NCBI GenBank assembly: GCA_028534125.1
Contig: CM052818.1
Coordinates: forward strand, 26,166,001-26,230,000
Direction: 5' to 3'
Source: Lama glama
Lineage: Eukaryota
DNA length: 64,000 nucleotides
A program made the position numbers and the translations under genes. The notes below the pieces were generated by a model, which ran no database searches, had not been told where the DNA came from, and worked only from the letters and a program-made list of their open reading frames with translations. Below are positions 1 to 13,037 of this stretch, one piece after another; the stretch's first letter is position 1; each line of letters opens with the position of its first letter.

Positions 1-473
1 GCTCTGGTTCCAGAGTTTGCAACCCTTATCTCTGTATTACTGTGCTTCTCACCACTTTTGATTTTATCTGTGTAATACTTTAGGTGCGTTAGCACCTTAA
101 GAACTTCCGCGCAGTGTCCTGAAAACCTGATCCCACAATAATAACTTTGATACTGTGAATAAATGAGTTTCAAGTTTCTGTTAATTAACACCTTTTATAA
201 ATTATTTACCTTAAATACACTATGATCTATATTCTTACAAAGTTTAATATGGAGGACTAATTCTCAGTGGTAGAAAAAAGGTGAAGTGATAATGCAGTCT
301 TAGACTTTATTCATGTCTTTGATCTGTCATTATGTGACACCGGAAAAAACTAAGTTCCTGAGGTCCTGATTCCCTTTTTATAAAACAAAAAAGATCATAT
401 TAAATAAAAAAATAAGAAACACATGGCCCTTGTACTTGACACTGAAATAATGGACAGACATAATATAATATAC

Positions 474-572
474 CTTAAGGAAATTCTGCAAAGCTTCATG
501 TACAGTTGAGGATGGTATTTTTCCAAACAGAGTAGCAGCCATTTTTCTCTCAATCCAGCTCAGTTTCGAGAC
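474..572 (-). CDS. RMDN2: RMDN2 exon 8 ([33 protein letters not shown])
   Basis: Acceptor ttgcAG at 574-573, donor AAG|GTATAT. 99 nt, phase 0/0. Typical RMDN C-terminal TPR-like motif. Confidence 0.95.
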
Positions 573-1339
573 CTGCAAATATAGAGCAACATCACTCTTA
601 GAAACTTGTTCACCTTTTGAACAAGTAATCTCTCCCCAGTTAGATGTGTGTGTACATATATATGCATGTGTGTGCATGTAAAGTAATATAATAAATAAAA
701 ATATAAATACACATCCATAAATTATATATGAGAGACACCACCTTTATGGTATGAATATTTTGCCAATCTTTTTCATAATTCCAACAAACTATGAGCTCTA
801 AAAGCACTGGTTAACACACCAATTTGAAATACTCATACGAAGGTTTGTGCCCAGTGAGAGAAAGAGGGGTGGGGTGCGGAATAATGCTGATCCTGTATGT
901 TCACATTATTCGTGATTCTGAGCTGACACACGATATTTCCCTGCACAGAGTGCAATTAGTGAGAAGACCCTGCCTCTGCTCTCTTCCTGTCTCCCCATGC
1001 TGCCAACCTGACCCAGAACCTAGCAGCTCAGAAGTGTGAATAGAATGAGGATCCTCAACCTAGGAGGAGTGCACGGTGAGGGCCCAGTATAAATATCTAC
1101 AATTCTGGAGAAAGTTTTTAAATCAATGACCATCAAAGTTAAATCTCATATTACCATTTATTTGTTGCTTTCTTTTTCAATTTTTTCTTCTTTCCCAGTA
1201 TATGTAATAAAAGATTAAAAGGATTCAGAAGTGAATACTTAAAAGGGCACTATGCTCTCCCCAATCCCATCAAATGCCTTCCTCCCCATTCCCATCTTCT
1301 AGGGGTCTGGGCAGCCTTTAACTGCTATTTAAAAAGATA

Positions 1340-1635
1340 TATTCTGTCAATATTATATAATAACTATAAGTGGGGTATAACTTTTAAAAACTGTGAATTA
1401 CTAAGTTGTATATCTGAAACTTACATAATATTGTACATCAACTATAGCTCAATAAAAAAAAGGCACAAACTATTATGTATAACATAAATAAAAGCTACAC
1501 GGATACATTGTACAGCACAGGGAATATAGCCAATGTTTTATAATAACTTTAAATGGAGTATAAGCTATAAAAATACTGAATGTTGTACACCTGAAACTAA
1601 TATAATACTGTAAGTCAACTATACTTCAAAAAAAC
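1340..1635 (+). mobile_element. Two adjacent L1 3'-end fragments, each ending in an A tail
   Basis: ...tacagcacagggaatatagccaat...gtacacctgaaactaatataatactgtaagtcaactatacttcaaaaaaa, with a similar motif at 1340-1460. Confidence 0.7.
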
Positions 1636-1719
1636 AGAGCCCCCAAATTATTCCCTTGCTTGTCTACATAATGTTACTTTATCACTATGTTTATTTTTGC
1701 TTTTTTTGAACTATTTTTT

Positions 1720-2400
1720 TTCCACAATGGACATCTGGGTCTTTTCCATTTTTTTGCTCTTAGGAACAAGGTTGCTATAGGCATTCTTGTACATGCCATC
1801 AAAGCACACTTGCCAGAGTTTCCCTAGGGTAGGCACCAGTGTCATACAGCAGGCAAATAATCAAATTGAAGAGATAATACCCAACTGTTTCCAAGATGAT
1901 TGTGCCAATTTGTGCTCCCATAACAATGTAAGAATTCCTGTTGCTACATATTCTTGCAACAACTCATATTGCTATTTTAAAATTTTATCAAACAAGTAGG
2001 AATAAAGTAGCATCTCCTTGTTTAATTATCACTTTCTATTATTTCTAATTCAAGATTTGTGGTTTTTAAACTGTTTTTTATTTCTTTTTTTTTTAACATT
2101 TTTTATTGATTTATAACCTGTCTTTTATTTCTAATATAATTTTATTATGATCAGAAAACCTGTATGCTACCAATTCTTTGAAATGATTAAGACTTGCTTC
2201 ATGACTGTATATATGGTCATTTTGTAAACATTCTACATGTGCTTCAGAAATGTGAATCCTCTGATGGTTAGATACATATTTTCATGTATGTTTATTGATC
2301 GAGGTTATTAAATGTGAGGCTCCAATAGATGTTTTACATACTTACTAATACTTTTTTTGTCTTCTCTTCTATTAATTACCAAAGGGGGGGGTGAAAATTC
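1720..2400 (-). mobile_element. Old L1M fragments
   Basis: Antisense L1 ORF2/3' motifs (ggacatctgggtcttttcc, ccaatttgtgctccca, atggtcattttgtaaacattctacatgtgc). Confidence 0.55.
2086..2117 (-). mobile_element. Ultra-truncated 32-bp young L1 tail with a 15-bp TSD
   Basis: The reverse complement gttataaatcaataaaaaatgttaaaaaaaaa resembles the L1 end at 49489-49521. Flanks are ctgttttttatttct (2071-2085) and ctgtcttttatttct (2118-2132). Confidence 0.7.
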
Positions 2401-3995
2401 CTTACTTCCTTACTTCCTTTCCATGTCTTTTTATTTCTCCTTCATATTTTCTATATCTTTGTTCCTGCTTTCAGCAATGTTTTCAGATTTATTGTAAAGT
2501 TCATTAATTCCCTTTCTAGTGGTGCGCATCCACTGCTAAATCTTCCCAGTGAGTTTTCTTTTAAAGTCAAATAATTCACTTTTATATCAAAAATTGTTTC
2601 ATCTTTTTCAAATCTACCTGTTCATTTCTGTAGTCTCATACTCTTCATCCATTTTCCCCCTAATTCCTCTTATTTTAAAAACACATTATATAGGTCCCTG
2701 TTTAATATTCTGTATTCCATGTTTCCAAAATCTGAAGTCCTTTTAGATCTATTTCTACTCTTTTTTTTTGTTTTTGTCGATTGTCATTTCTAGTGGTTTG
2801 TTTCTTTGTATATTCTATTATTTTTGACTGTGAGCTCAATTCTGTAAGAATGTTCTAAGGCCTGTGTGAAGGTACGTACAATCCTCCAGGGAGGATGAAT
2901 ATCAGCTTCTGCCATTTGTCTGCGGTAAGAAGATCAGGCTCCAACTGGAATTAAAATTTTCTGCTTGGGTTTTTTAAAGCCTAACCAAATAGTGTACATT
3001 CAAGCCCCAGACTCAAGTGAGGTTGGGTCAATGGTTTTTAAATCTTAGGGGAGTTCCCTATCTTCATGAAGGCTAAGATTCTTAATATTTACAACTGACA
3101 TAATAAAAACTGCTTACAGGGCTGTTAAAAAGATGAAATGAGCTAAGAAAAATAAAGTATAAAATGGATGTATAGCAGGTGCTCAACAAAAGCAATCTTC
3201 CTTCTTCATCCCTAATCCTCTACAAACCTCAATTGAAAAGCTTCCTCTTTTGCCTACCCTAATTTTCTCATTCAGAAATAGCATTTCTCTTTGGGGTAAT
3301 TTTTTCATGCATCTGTTTAAATATTCCTTCACATTCTGTTAGTTTTCCATGAACAAATGTAATTTAATAACACACTGGGTCTTAGATTTACCAGCTGCAT
3401 TTATTGCTGTATGTTTCATGTCCTCTTCTAATTAAGTCCCTTGATGACAAGGACAGTGTTTTATTTATCTTCTAGCCAGCAAGCACATAATTTATGCTCA
3501 ATAAACTCCGATAAATGAAAAAAAGTCCTCCCACAAAACAGAGAGCAGTGCACCAATACTGGATGCATGTGTGTAGGCAGCTGATCACCTGAGAAAGCAC
3601 ATTTGAAGAGAGACAGTGTGACTGCTGCAGGGAAATGGAAGGTAGTAAAGAAAGAAAACACATGCTTTATAAAGTTGTATATTGTATGCAATGCAATATA
3701 TAATTATAAAATACATAAGTTTATAAACTCATAAAATATGTACTGATTTGATCATTTTCCTTACAGCAGGCTCTAGGTAAAATAATAAAAGAGTTATCTT
3801 GATTGTGGTGGTGGTTTCACTGGTGTATACGTCTGTCAAAATTCATCAAATTGTACATTTGAAATATGTGTCGCTTACTATACAGGAATCATACCACAAT
3901 AATGTGTTAAAAAAAAAAAGACTAAGTCACAGAAAATACATCATATAACCATAGTATATTCAAGTAAGATTTACAGATAAAGGCATTCAACTTAC

Positions 3996-4073
3996 AGTAT
4001 AACAGTATCTTCCCTTGAGGTAATATAAAAATGGTTCTTCAGGTAAAAATTCAATTGCTTTATCTAGATGTTC
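3996..4073 (-). CDS. RMDN2: RMDN2 exon 7 ([26 protein letters not shown])
   Basis: Acceptor tttcAG, donor ACT|GTAAGT. 78 nt, phase 0/0. Confidence 0.95.
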
Positions 4074-4966
4074 CTGAAAGAAAATCCAAAAGAAATATCA
4101 TCTCCCAAGTTTCAGGTAGTGCTGAATAGAACTCTGCCTGGTACATTCAAAGGGGCTCTACCACGTTTTTTTGGTCCCCCTCCTCAATCTTAATCATTAA
4201 TACAATTAAGCTTATCAATAATTCAGTCATCAAATGCTCACAACTAGAACCAGAACTGTGACTATAATTTAATAAAGCTACAGAAATGTCACTATAAAAA
4301 TAGAAAACATCCAAGTCACATTTCTGTCTGCCCATGACTTCCCCAGCTAATACTTACTGAGAAGCAAACTTACAAATATCAAATGATATAGATCTAATGG
4401 AGAAAAAAATAGCAGAACTAGGTGACAGAGGAGTCTACTCCCTTGATATTGTCAAAATGGTTATAGGGAGCTGGAAAACAAAGAATTCTTTGCCCATCCC
4501 TGTAATTACTGACCTTGAGGGGTTATGTACTGAGCTATTATAGGCACATTATAAATAATGAATATGTGCATTACTTATTTTATTCACCTATTATGGCAAA
4601 CTTAAGCCTTAGATTGAATTCTACTCCTCCCGCCAAATCAATACTCAGAAAATGTTAACTAGCCCCAGTCATGTTTATGGTGTTGGTAAGCTCATGACCA
4701 AAAGGCTAAGTGTTTATCTCTGAAAAAAATAATACTCATCTACTATGTGATTTCTTTCAGGATCAAGAAAAATAATAATCTTTAATTACCCAAAGAGTTT
4801 GATTCTTTTTGGCACAGTACTATTTAAAAATTGTCATTTCATTTAAGTAAAAAAAGATAAATTCCTAGAGATTAATTTGTTAAATAATTTGATTTATACC
4901 ATTAATGAAACATACAGCTACATTAAAACATTCTTGATACCTATGACTCAAGGTATCAAGAAATAC

Positions 4967-5042
4967 CTTGAAGCGATATCCATAGTTGATTTTGTTCTGT
5001 AAGCCCTCAAACTCAGATACATAGCCACACAAAACCGCATAC
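4967..5042 (-). CDS. RMDN2: RMDN2 exon 6 ((W)YAVLCGYVSEFEGLQNKINYGYRFK)
   Basis: Long poly-T tract plus cAG acceptor, donor AAG|GTATTT. 76 nt, phase 2/0. Confidence 0.95.
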
Positions 5043-6473
5043 CTGAAAAGAAAAAAAAAAAACAGCGGACATTGTGTAAACTTTTAATCAACTACCACCA
5101 AATATATAACATTTTAAAAAGATCTCTAAATTGTTCATTTAACAAGAGTATGCATGTGGATGCAAGGGCCCTAAAAATAATAAATGCTTGACATTAATAT
5201 GAGACCAGTTTCCTCACCTACAACCGGGAGCACTAATACCATCTATCTCATGGGTGTGCTGTGAGGGAAAAATATCCTAAATGGAACTGCTTAGAATAGC
5301 GCCTATAGCACGAGCTGAATTTCAAGAAAGATTAGCTGCTGCAGTCGCCATCATCGTCAAAGTCACAGAGACTCTCAGAAAAGGCTCATCATGTATTACA
5401 TTGAAAAATATATTGTCAATAGATCCCTGTTTCTCTTTAATAAAAATAAAAATTTCATGGCCCCTTTTAATGTCATTAGAAAGTTAAAATAAATATGACT
5501 AAAAACAAATAAAATCAAAGGTAATTTTAGAATATGTTTTTTCAAAAGTTCCTCATGTCCTTCAATTCTTCCTTGGAAACACTGCATTTATCACAAGAAT
5601 AGTGCACCTCATGGATTCTTTACTTTTTTTTTTCCATTGGGAATAAAAAATTTACATAAATAATTATTTGACTATAGATTGGATACAATATTGGTTCAGC
5701 ATTTTGCTTCCTCTAAAAATTGAGCATACATAACTTTATTACATTCAGACTGTTTCTGCCTGTGCAAAAGCCTTCAGAGTATTTCAGAGCACTTTTGTCA
5801 GAGACAAAATATTCATTTGCCTAAATATTTCAAGAGTAGGTCTTAATTTTCACTTGCATTGTCATAACTGAAATGAAAAATGTAATTTTAGGTGTTATTT
5901 ATCTTGATTGTTTCTCTGGATACACATAACTTTCAAATATAAACTTGAAGTGAACAATTTTCTTAATTTGGAACAGTCAGACCATTTCGGGACACAGAAG
6001 ATCTCGTAATTCACAGAACTCATGCACAATCAATAAAATGGCCACTTTTTAGTTATGACATTTTTGACCTCTTAGTTTTCATCTTCTTTATAATGAACAG
6101 AATCTCCTACAGTAGAAGCAAGAGTAATGACAAAAGCAACCTATTAAAAGTGATCTGAGATTAGGAGATACTTCCAGTCACAAAATCTAAAATCAGACTG
6201 CATTTCACATGCATCTCTGCACCACCAGAGATTGGGCATTTAAGGAAAAAGATTCTTGAACTCTCTTGTGAAAATTGCTATTGTTGTCTCCGGCCTCATC
6301 ATGTTCTTTTGAAATGCTCTCTGTCATTCCGGTTTATCATTCCTCTCAAAGAGTTCCAGATTGTGGAGAAAAATTCCACACAACTACATCCCCAAACTCC
6401 CCATTTTTGTTATGGGCATCAGCATTTTCCAAACCTTAGGCCACTTAAAAAAACTTTTATTTTAAAATAGCTT

Positions 6474-6756
6474 ACTAATGCACAATATGATGACCATAAT
6501 TAACTCTACTGTATAATATACAGGAAATTTAAGAAAGTAATCCTAACAGTTCTCATCACAAGGAGAAATTTTTTTTCTTTTCTTCTTTCTTTTCTTTATA
6601 TTGTATCTGTATGAGATGATGGATACCAGCTGAACCTACTGTGATCATCATTTCACAATATACATAAATCAAACCATCTTGCTGTACGCCTTCAACTTAT
6701 GCAGGGATGTATGTCAATTATTTCTCAATAAAAATGAAAAAATTTAAATACAAATA
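6474..6756 (+). mobile_element. L1 3' end (L1MA-like) with TSD AAAATAGCTT, nested in an older antisense L1MC-like fragment running to about 6980
   Basis: TSD at 6464-6473 and 6757-6766; ...gtatgtcaattatttctcaataaaa terminus. Confidence 0.7.
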
Positions 6757-8294
6757 AAAATAGCTTGATACTTACAGGAAAGTTGCAAAGATAGTACAGA
6801 GAATTCCTGTATACCCATATACAGTTTTCTCTATTCTTTACATCTTATATTACTAAAATACATTTATCACAACTATACCAATATTGATATACAATATCAA
6901 TTATTTTCATGATGAACCAATATTAGTACATTGTTATTAACTAAACCCTATGCTTCAGTCTAATTTCCATCTGTTTTTCCCTGATACCCTTAAGTTTTGA
7001 CACTTTTCTCTCCATCTTTCCTTCCATATTTATTCCTACTAATTCACACCTTGTTTGGTATCTCTTTCAATATGTGAAAATCTTTTAATTACTACTATCA
7101 ACCATTGTAATCAATTATAACAACAATCATGCACCATGTTCCTCCTAATTATGTGTCATTTGCAACTTTTATAAGCACACCTTCCATATCTTTACCCACT
7201 GACTAAATTACTGAACACACTAGTGTCTAAAATACAGACCTGGAATCATGATATTGTCAACAGTTATTCTGCAGAATAGCCAGGGCTCAAACCCTTCTGC
7301 CAACACAGGTAACCCTGATCCTTGCCCATATCAACATCTTGTCCCCATGAATATCACAAGTGAACTTGTCTTAATTCATTGCTTAAATCCAGATACATTA
7401 GCTCAATTTCTCTACTCTACCTACTAGCAAATTAAAAACAGCTCATGTCACATTTTTAGAAAAATCTGTGTTGGGTCTACTTGAACTTCCCCATTCACAG
7501 AAAACCCAACTAATTATTGCGCTGCAATCAAAGGAAAAGAGTCTATCTCTCTGATCTGTAGTGGTGGAATCAATCTTCTATTTTCTGAAAATCAGAACAA
7601 CTGATGCACATCTCTAGCTTTTACAGAGCTCTCTCAGCATGTTCTCTCCAAGTTCTCTGACTGAAGAAAAAAACATGACTTCTGAAAACCATTGTATGAA
7701 ACATGTACATTTTCCCTTACAAATAGTCTGTCACCAGAGTCTTATGTCTTTCATAATCTTTTTTGAAGTCTGCTTCTTTAAAATCTAAAGTATGTATCTT
7801 CCTGTGTGCCATGAATTCAAAGTTCATCTGACCACTTTTTCCCAAAGGATCATCACTTCTTTTCTGGCAATCAATCCCACCTATGTCTCTGGATGTTGTT
7901 TTTTATATTGTTTATCTTTAAAAATGTAATTTAAAAATTTACTTTGTAAACTCTCACGTTGATGGGAGCTATGAAGAAAGCTAATGCACAACATGGTCCA
8001 TTACTTCCATCTAGAGGTTGTTCTAACTATACACGCTTTGACAAAAATTCTGTATTTTTCTTAGCACTGACATTGAATATTTTAATAATTGACAAACATT
8101 CCTGTTTCAACAACTAGTAAACAACTACTAAAACAACTCCATTAGTTTTTCCAGTAGCATTTTTGATTTAGCACCAATGCTATTTATACTGTGACAGAGG
8201 GCAGAGGAAGAGTAATGAAATAATGAGTATATACAAATATAAGATCTTTTTTTTTCCCCACTTATCATGTGACTCAAGGTTACTAATCACCACA

Positions 8295-8296
<2 letters not shown>

Positions 8297-8333
<37 letters not shown>
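8297..8333. repeat. (CA)n microsatellite
   Basis: Uninterrupted CA run, about 18 units. Confidence 0.95.
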
Positions 8334-8334
<1 letters not shown>

Positions 8335-8739
8335 CCTTGCTTACACTATGTATAAAATGGAAACAGGTTGTTCTATGAATCACATGCTAGAAGGCATGTG
8401 GACATAATTTGTGAACAGTAGAGCACAACAAATACGTAAGACGTTTATAATTAAGATCAGGCCTATTTAGCTAATAAACTGCAAATCCATTGGTGATTTT
8501 GCTCTCTTGATTCTAGAAGTATTTTAGGCTGGTACAACAAAGACAACAGAATTTTATAGACAGCTTATGTAGCCTTAAACTTATAATTTCATTTTGGAAA
8601 GGATGAAAAACAAGTCTTTAAAATAATGTTTGTTTTTCAATTATTCCCTTGATAGTAATCCCTTACAATAACCTATTTCTAATGATTGCATCTTTTATTT
8701 CAAACTGAAGGCTTATAAACCATCACAGAACCCTGTAAA

Positions 8740-8925
8740 CCATGGGTCAGCAAAGTTGCTGCGGGGCCAGGTAGCAAACATTTTAGGCTGTGGGATCAGA
8801 AAGTCTATGTTACAGCTACTCAACTTCATCACTATGTACAAAAGCAGAGGCACGGCTGTGCTCCAATAAAACTTTATTCATAAAAGCAGGCTGTTGTATT
8901 TGGTCTATAGGCCACAGTTTGTCAT
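8740..8925. mobile_element. MER58-like hAT-Charlie MITE
   Basis: gggtcagcaaa...ggccaggtagcaaacattttaggc...ccaataaaactttatt...ggccacagtttg. Confidence 0.7.
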
Positions 8926-9606
8926 TGAAGCTGAACAAATGAGATAAAGCCTTAACATAGTCAAAAATATTCCAGCAGAGTAAGAGCTTTTCACAATATT
9001 TTATTACAATTAATTATGGAATCCATTAACCTAAATTACACCCATTGCTTCTCAACTCAAGTTTTAATTTCTCTTTCTCATCACCCTAAACCTCTACTAC
9101 TGTATTTAATGGAATGAGAATTCTTGTATTCAGTAGACACATTATAATATATTCTAAGAATTAAGATAAATTTAACATTTGAATTTATTAAATTTTATCA
9201 ATGGATCAGATTTTGTTTTTTAATTAAAAACTGATACTGAATAAAAAATCATATGAAACAAACAGAATTGGATCCGTACTCTGCATGTATCTGGGTGTGT
9301 GTGAATAAGATTTACCCTTGGGGTTAAATCCCATGGTTATAAACAAGACAATTAGTTCACTAGAAAAAGGGAAAAAGATGAACAAAGGAGAAGTAGCCAG
9401 ATCAGTGGAAGACAGGCTGAGAAACCCACAAAGGAAGAGTTAAGCATAATCTATCCTCACAAGATGTTTATGAAGCCCTCAGAGAAGATTCAACTTAGCT
9501 CCTCCATGAAAACTTGGAAGTTCACATTGATAAGTGTCCTCAAATTAAGGATTAACATCAAATGCACATTTTAAATGTGATTCTTTATGGATGCAGGTGC
9601 ATGTGT

Positions 9607-9727
9607 GGGAGAAGGAAGAGGACAGCAGAGGAAGAGCAACCCAGCAGGAGGATGAGGAGAAGGGGGAGGGAGTAGAAAGGAGGGAGAGGAAGAGGAGGAA
9701 AGGGAGGTGAAGGAAGGAGGGAGAGGC
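9607..9727 (+). repeat. Purine-rich (GA/GGA) low-complexity tract
   Basis: Nearly all A/G over about 120 nt. Confidence 0.8.
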
Positions 9728-11400
9728 TCAGAGTTAAGATTAGGGCCTGGGTGTTCTTTCTGCATCCAAATCTGGCTAACCAGCTCCCAAACACCTCCAA
9801 AATCCAAGAAGATGAGGGGAGTGTATAGCTCGATCAGTGTAAATTCATCACAGCTATACCAGAAATGGAAGAACAGAAGTACCTTAACACATACCTGTAT
9901 TAATTTATTAGTATTATGCAAATTAGATGAGGAAGGTGAAGTTGGCTATAGAAATAATAGCCAAGACCCTTATATACTGGAGAAATGATTTTAAGGATAT
10001 GTACCAGGATGTTGTTAACTACAAAATTACTTTTCTCCTAGAGTTTTGGCAGAGGCACCAAGGGCACAGAACAATACTTTATCTATAAGGTACTCCATGT
10101 CCTAAAGCAGGACTCTACTGCCCATGCATGACACATTAGTGAAATTATTCGCAGGTTCTGCCAGGCTCAGTCCTTCACCCACCTCCAGGCTGCATAAGAG
10201 AAGGCAAAGAATTCACTGTGGCAGAGAGAGACCTGGAGGGAGGATTTCTGTGGCTAGAACTGTTAGGGTACGTGGGTTCCGCCTCTCATCTTTTCATGGG
10301 AGAGGGAAGGGGGTAAGCTTGCATCTCATTTTAAGCCAAGTGATGGCAGTTTCAAAATATCTATTCTTATTTTGGTATGTGTCCCTTAGAGTTTGGGGGA
10401 CATAAAAAATGTTATCTGACTCCTGCCCAAGGAAGTTTTGAGAGGAGAGTTTGTGAGTGGAGCTCCCCCTGCTGATGGCAGAGTAAAGAAACAGGTCTGC
10501 TTTGGGAAAATGGTTTTGCACTTCTGAACTGGTAAGGCAAAAATGAATTTCCTGGGGGATAAGTGTGGATCTGCACAAAGAAGCCATTTTGAGAGAGATT
10601 TTGCCTCAGAGTTCCCCAAAAGGATAAAATAATCCATAAGAGGGGTGGATTTCTGAAAACCTAGGTCTCACAGAAGGGTCATGAATAAATTTATTACTGT
10701 ATCTTCCTAGCACCTAAAGACCTGTATTGCTGGGGAGAAAAAATAACCAAGGAACTAAGAAATGTTATAAAAATGCAACTACGAGTAACATGAAGCGTTA
10801 ATTTAAAAATACATTTCTGCTTATTTGTGTTTTATAATTCTAAATATATACCAAGGATCCAAAACAAAACATATTCAAGAATAAATTTTTTTTTTGCCCC
10901 AAGGATATTCACCTACCACCATCCAACTAATTAAATTTCCTTTGTTTGAGCTTTCTTATATTATAAATGGCTTTTCTCTGACCTGTGAATTTGTATACCT
11001 TCACTCATCAAGGTATAAGAAGTGGCCGATGTGCTTTTATTCTTTGAAGCATTCTTTCTACATTTCTTTTAGAAACATGGCATCATGCTAGTGTTTGCTT
11101 TCAAACAAACTGTTATATTAAATGAGATTTCATAGAATTATCGGGCTCAAAGCTATTGGACTTGGTAGATTCCCTTATGAAATCTTCAATGAAAGTTTAT
11201 CTTAAGTATATTTAAAATACACATACTTTTAATACATGAGACTAAAAAGAAAAGAACAGTTACTGTGCTATAGACTAAATATACTTTTGGGTGAATGTGA
11301 CAGACAGGTTAGGTGGGTCAGTAATATTTTAAAAATCCACTGCAATTTATAAAGGGACATATTAGAATATCACAAGGCTGCATCAGTTCTATGTACTTAC

Positions 11401-11461
11401 CAGAGATGACAATGTCCATTCATGGGTGCTCTAGTAATAGCTTTTTCACCTAAAGTCTTTC
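11401..11461 (-). CDS. RMDN2: RMDN2 exon 5 ((G)KTLGEKAITRAPMNGHCHL(W))
   Basis: Acceptor tttcAG, donor CTG|GTAAGT. 61 nt, phase 1/2. Confidence 0.95.
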
Positions 11462-11514
11462 CTGAAACATAAATGGACTTACATTTAGTACCTTCATGTG
11501 AGTTGGTGAATTAA

Positions 11515-11690
11515 GCCAGTAGTTCCAAAGTATGGTCCCAAGACCAGAAGCAAAATCCCCTTGCATCTTATCAGTAAAGCAAATTTTGGGCCACACTGGA
11601 GACTCTTTCGATCAGAAACTCTGAGACTCAGCAATTTACTTTAAGGAGCATCTAGTGATTTTGAGGTATGCTCAAGTTTGAGACTCACCA
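11515..11690. mobile_element. MER5A-like DNA transposon relic
   Basis: cagtagttccaaagtatggtccc...atcagaaactctg...ctcaagtttgaga. Confidence 0.6.
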
Positions 11691-12934
11691 AGTGATTTAA
11701 CCAAGTGCAAGAAAAGTCATTCAATCATTATTTAGAAGTGTTAATAGAAATCGTTTTATAATTAACTCAACCAGCATTTACTGAGTGCCTTCGAAGTATA
11801 TTATGTGAGCCTCTGGGAATAAAACAGTCAAATAAGACACATTTCTTGACTTCCAAGGGTTCACAGTTCAGGAGGCAGCAGGTATATAAACAAACGATGT
11901 GCAAAAAATAAATACAAGGTAAAAAAAAGAGAGTACAGCAGAGAGAGCAAGTCTATCCAAAGGGGTAAGTGAAGACGTCCCAGGGAAGCTCTCGCCTAAT
12001 CATTCACAATAATGAACAGGTGCAGTACATGAATAATTCTCCTAAATAATTTTATTTAGTTTTAGAATAACTTTTAATAATGTATTAAATACTTTGGATA
12101 GAGGTCTGTCTAAATCATATTCTGAAACTCTTTCTCTAAAAGCAGCTGTTTTTTTTTTTTAAATACCATCTATTTTTCCCTGCTCCTTTTTTTTTTTGAC
12201 TTGGAAAGTTTTGAAAAGAGAAGGCTTTGGAGTGAAAGAAAAATTAAAGACATTCTGATGTCAAATTACTATCCTGAAGCTCAGCAAGATGGCATTTAAG
12301 GGGCTTTTTGAAAGAAAGAGTCTGATATTCAGTGAGAGTCATGGTGATAAATATATAAATGATTTGACATTCTGGCTGTTTTTCTTTTACTGTTGTTATT
12401 TTGGAAAATTTCAAAACTATGCAAAAAAGTGTCAAGGACAGTATAATGAACAACCATGGACTCATCACTCAGCTTAAATAATTATCAGCTCAAGGCTAAT
12501 CTTGTTTTACTAAGATAAATTTTGAAAAAAGTATTAAAGTTTGAGTGGTTATTTCTTTGTGGTATCTAGAGTTCTACATTACAAGAAGTAAGGAGAGTTA
12601 TTTTAATTGAGGTGAAAGACTTTGTTATTATTGCTTCTCAAATTATTACCACTTAATGTTTCATCTTCCTGTGATTTCATCAACTTTAAAACCTGAAATC
12701 TGAGTTTTTCAGTGGCCTATTCTAATATGCTCAAGTATTTTTAAAGAACATTTACTTTCATCCTAAAAAATCTTTCTGTCCTTAGACTATGTATTTTTCA
12801 GTACCAGGATATAGTGAAATAGATTAACATACCGGTTTTAGCTAAGATAATTTAGCTTTAATTAAAATTCATTAGTGGTTTATTACAGATAATGATTACC
12901 ACTTGAGGATAATCAATATTTACAAACTGCTTAC

Positions 12935-13037
12935 CAATATTAGCATAATGTTTCTTTTCTTGTGCATTTGTAGATAGCTCAAACATGTCTCCATACGCAC
13001 GAGCAAACCGCCAAATAAACTCTATTTCATCTCTAAA
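12935..13037 (-). CDS. RMDN2: RMDN2 exon 4 (FRDEIEFIWRFARAYGDMFELSTNAQEKKHYANI(G))
   Basis: Acceptor cctttcAG, donor TTG|GTAAGC. 103 nt, phase 0/1. WRFARAYGDM is the RMDN family motif. Confidence 0.96.

Noticed and set aside
378..677. 99-aa ORF as a stand-alone gene
   Set aside because: Only 474-572 is exon; the rest is intron read-through.
9571..9988. ORFs over the purine-rich tract
   Set aside because: Low-complexity translation with no splice or homology support.
10030..10700. Possible old LTR (GC-richer block with AATAAA near its end)
   Set aside because: I could not define termini, TSD or family by eye.
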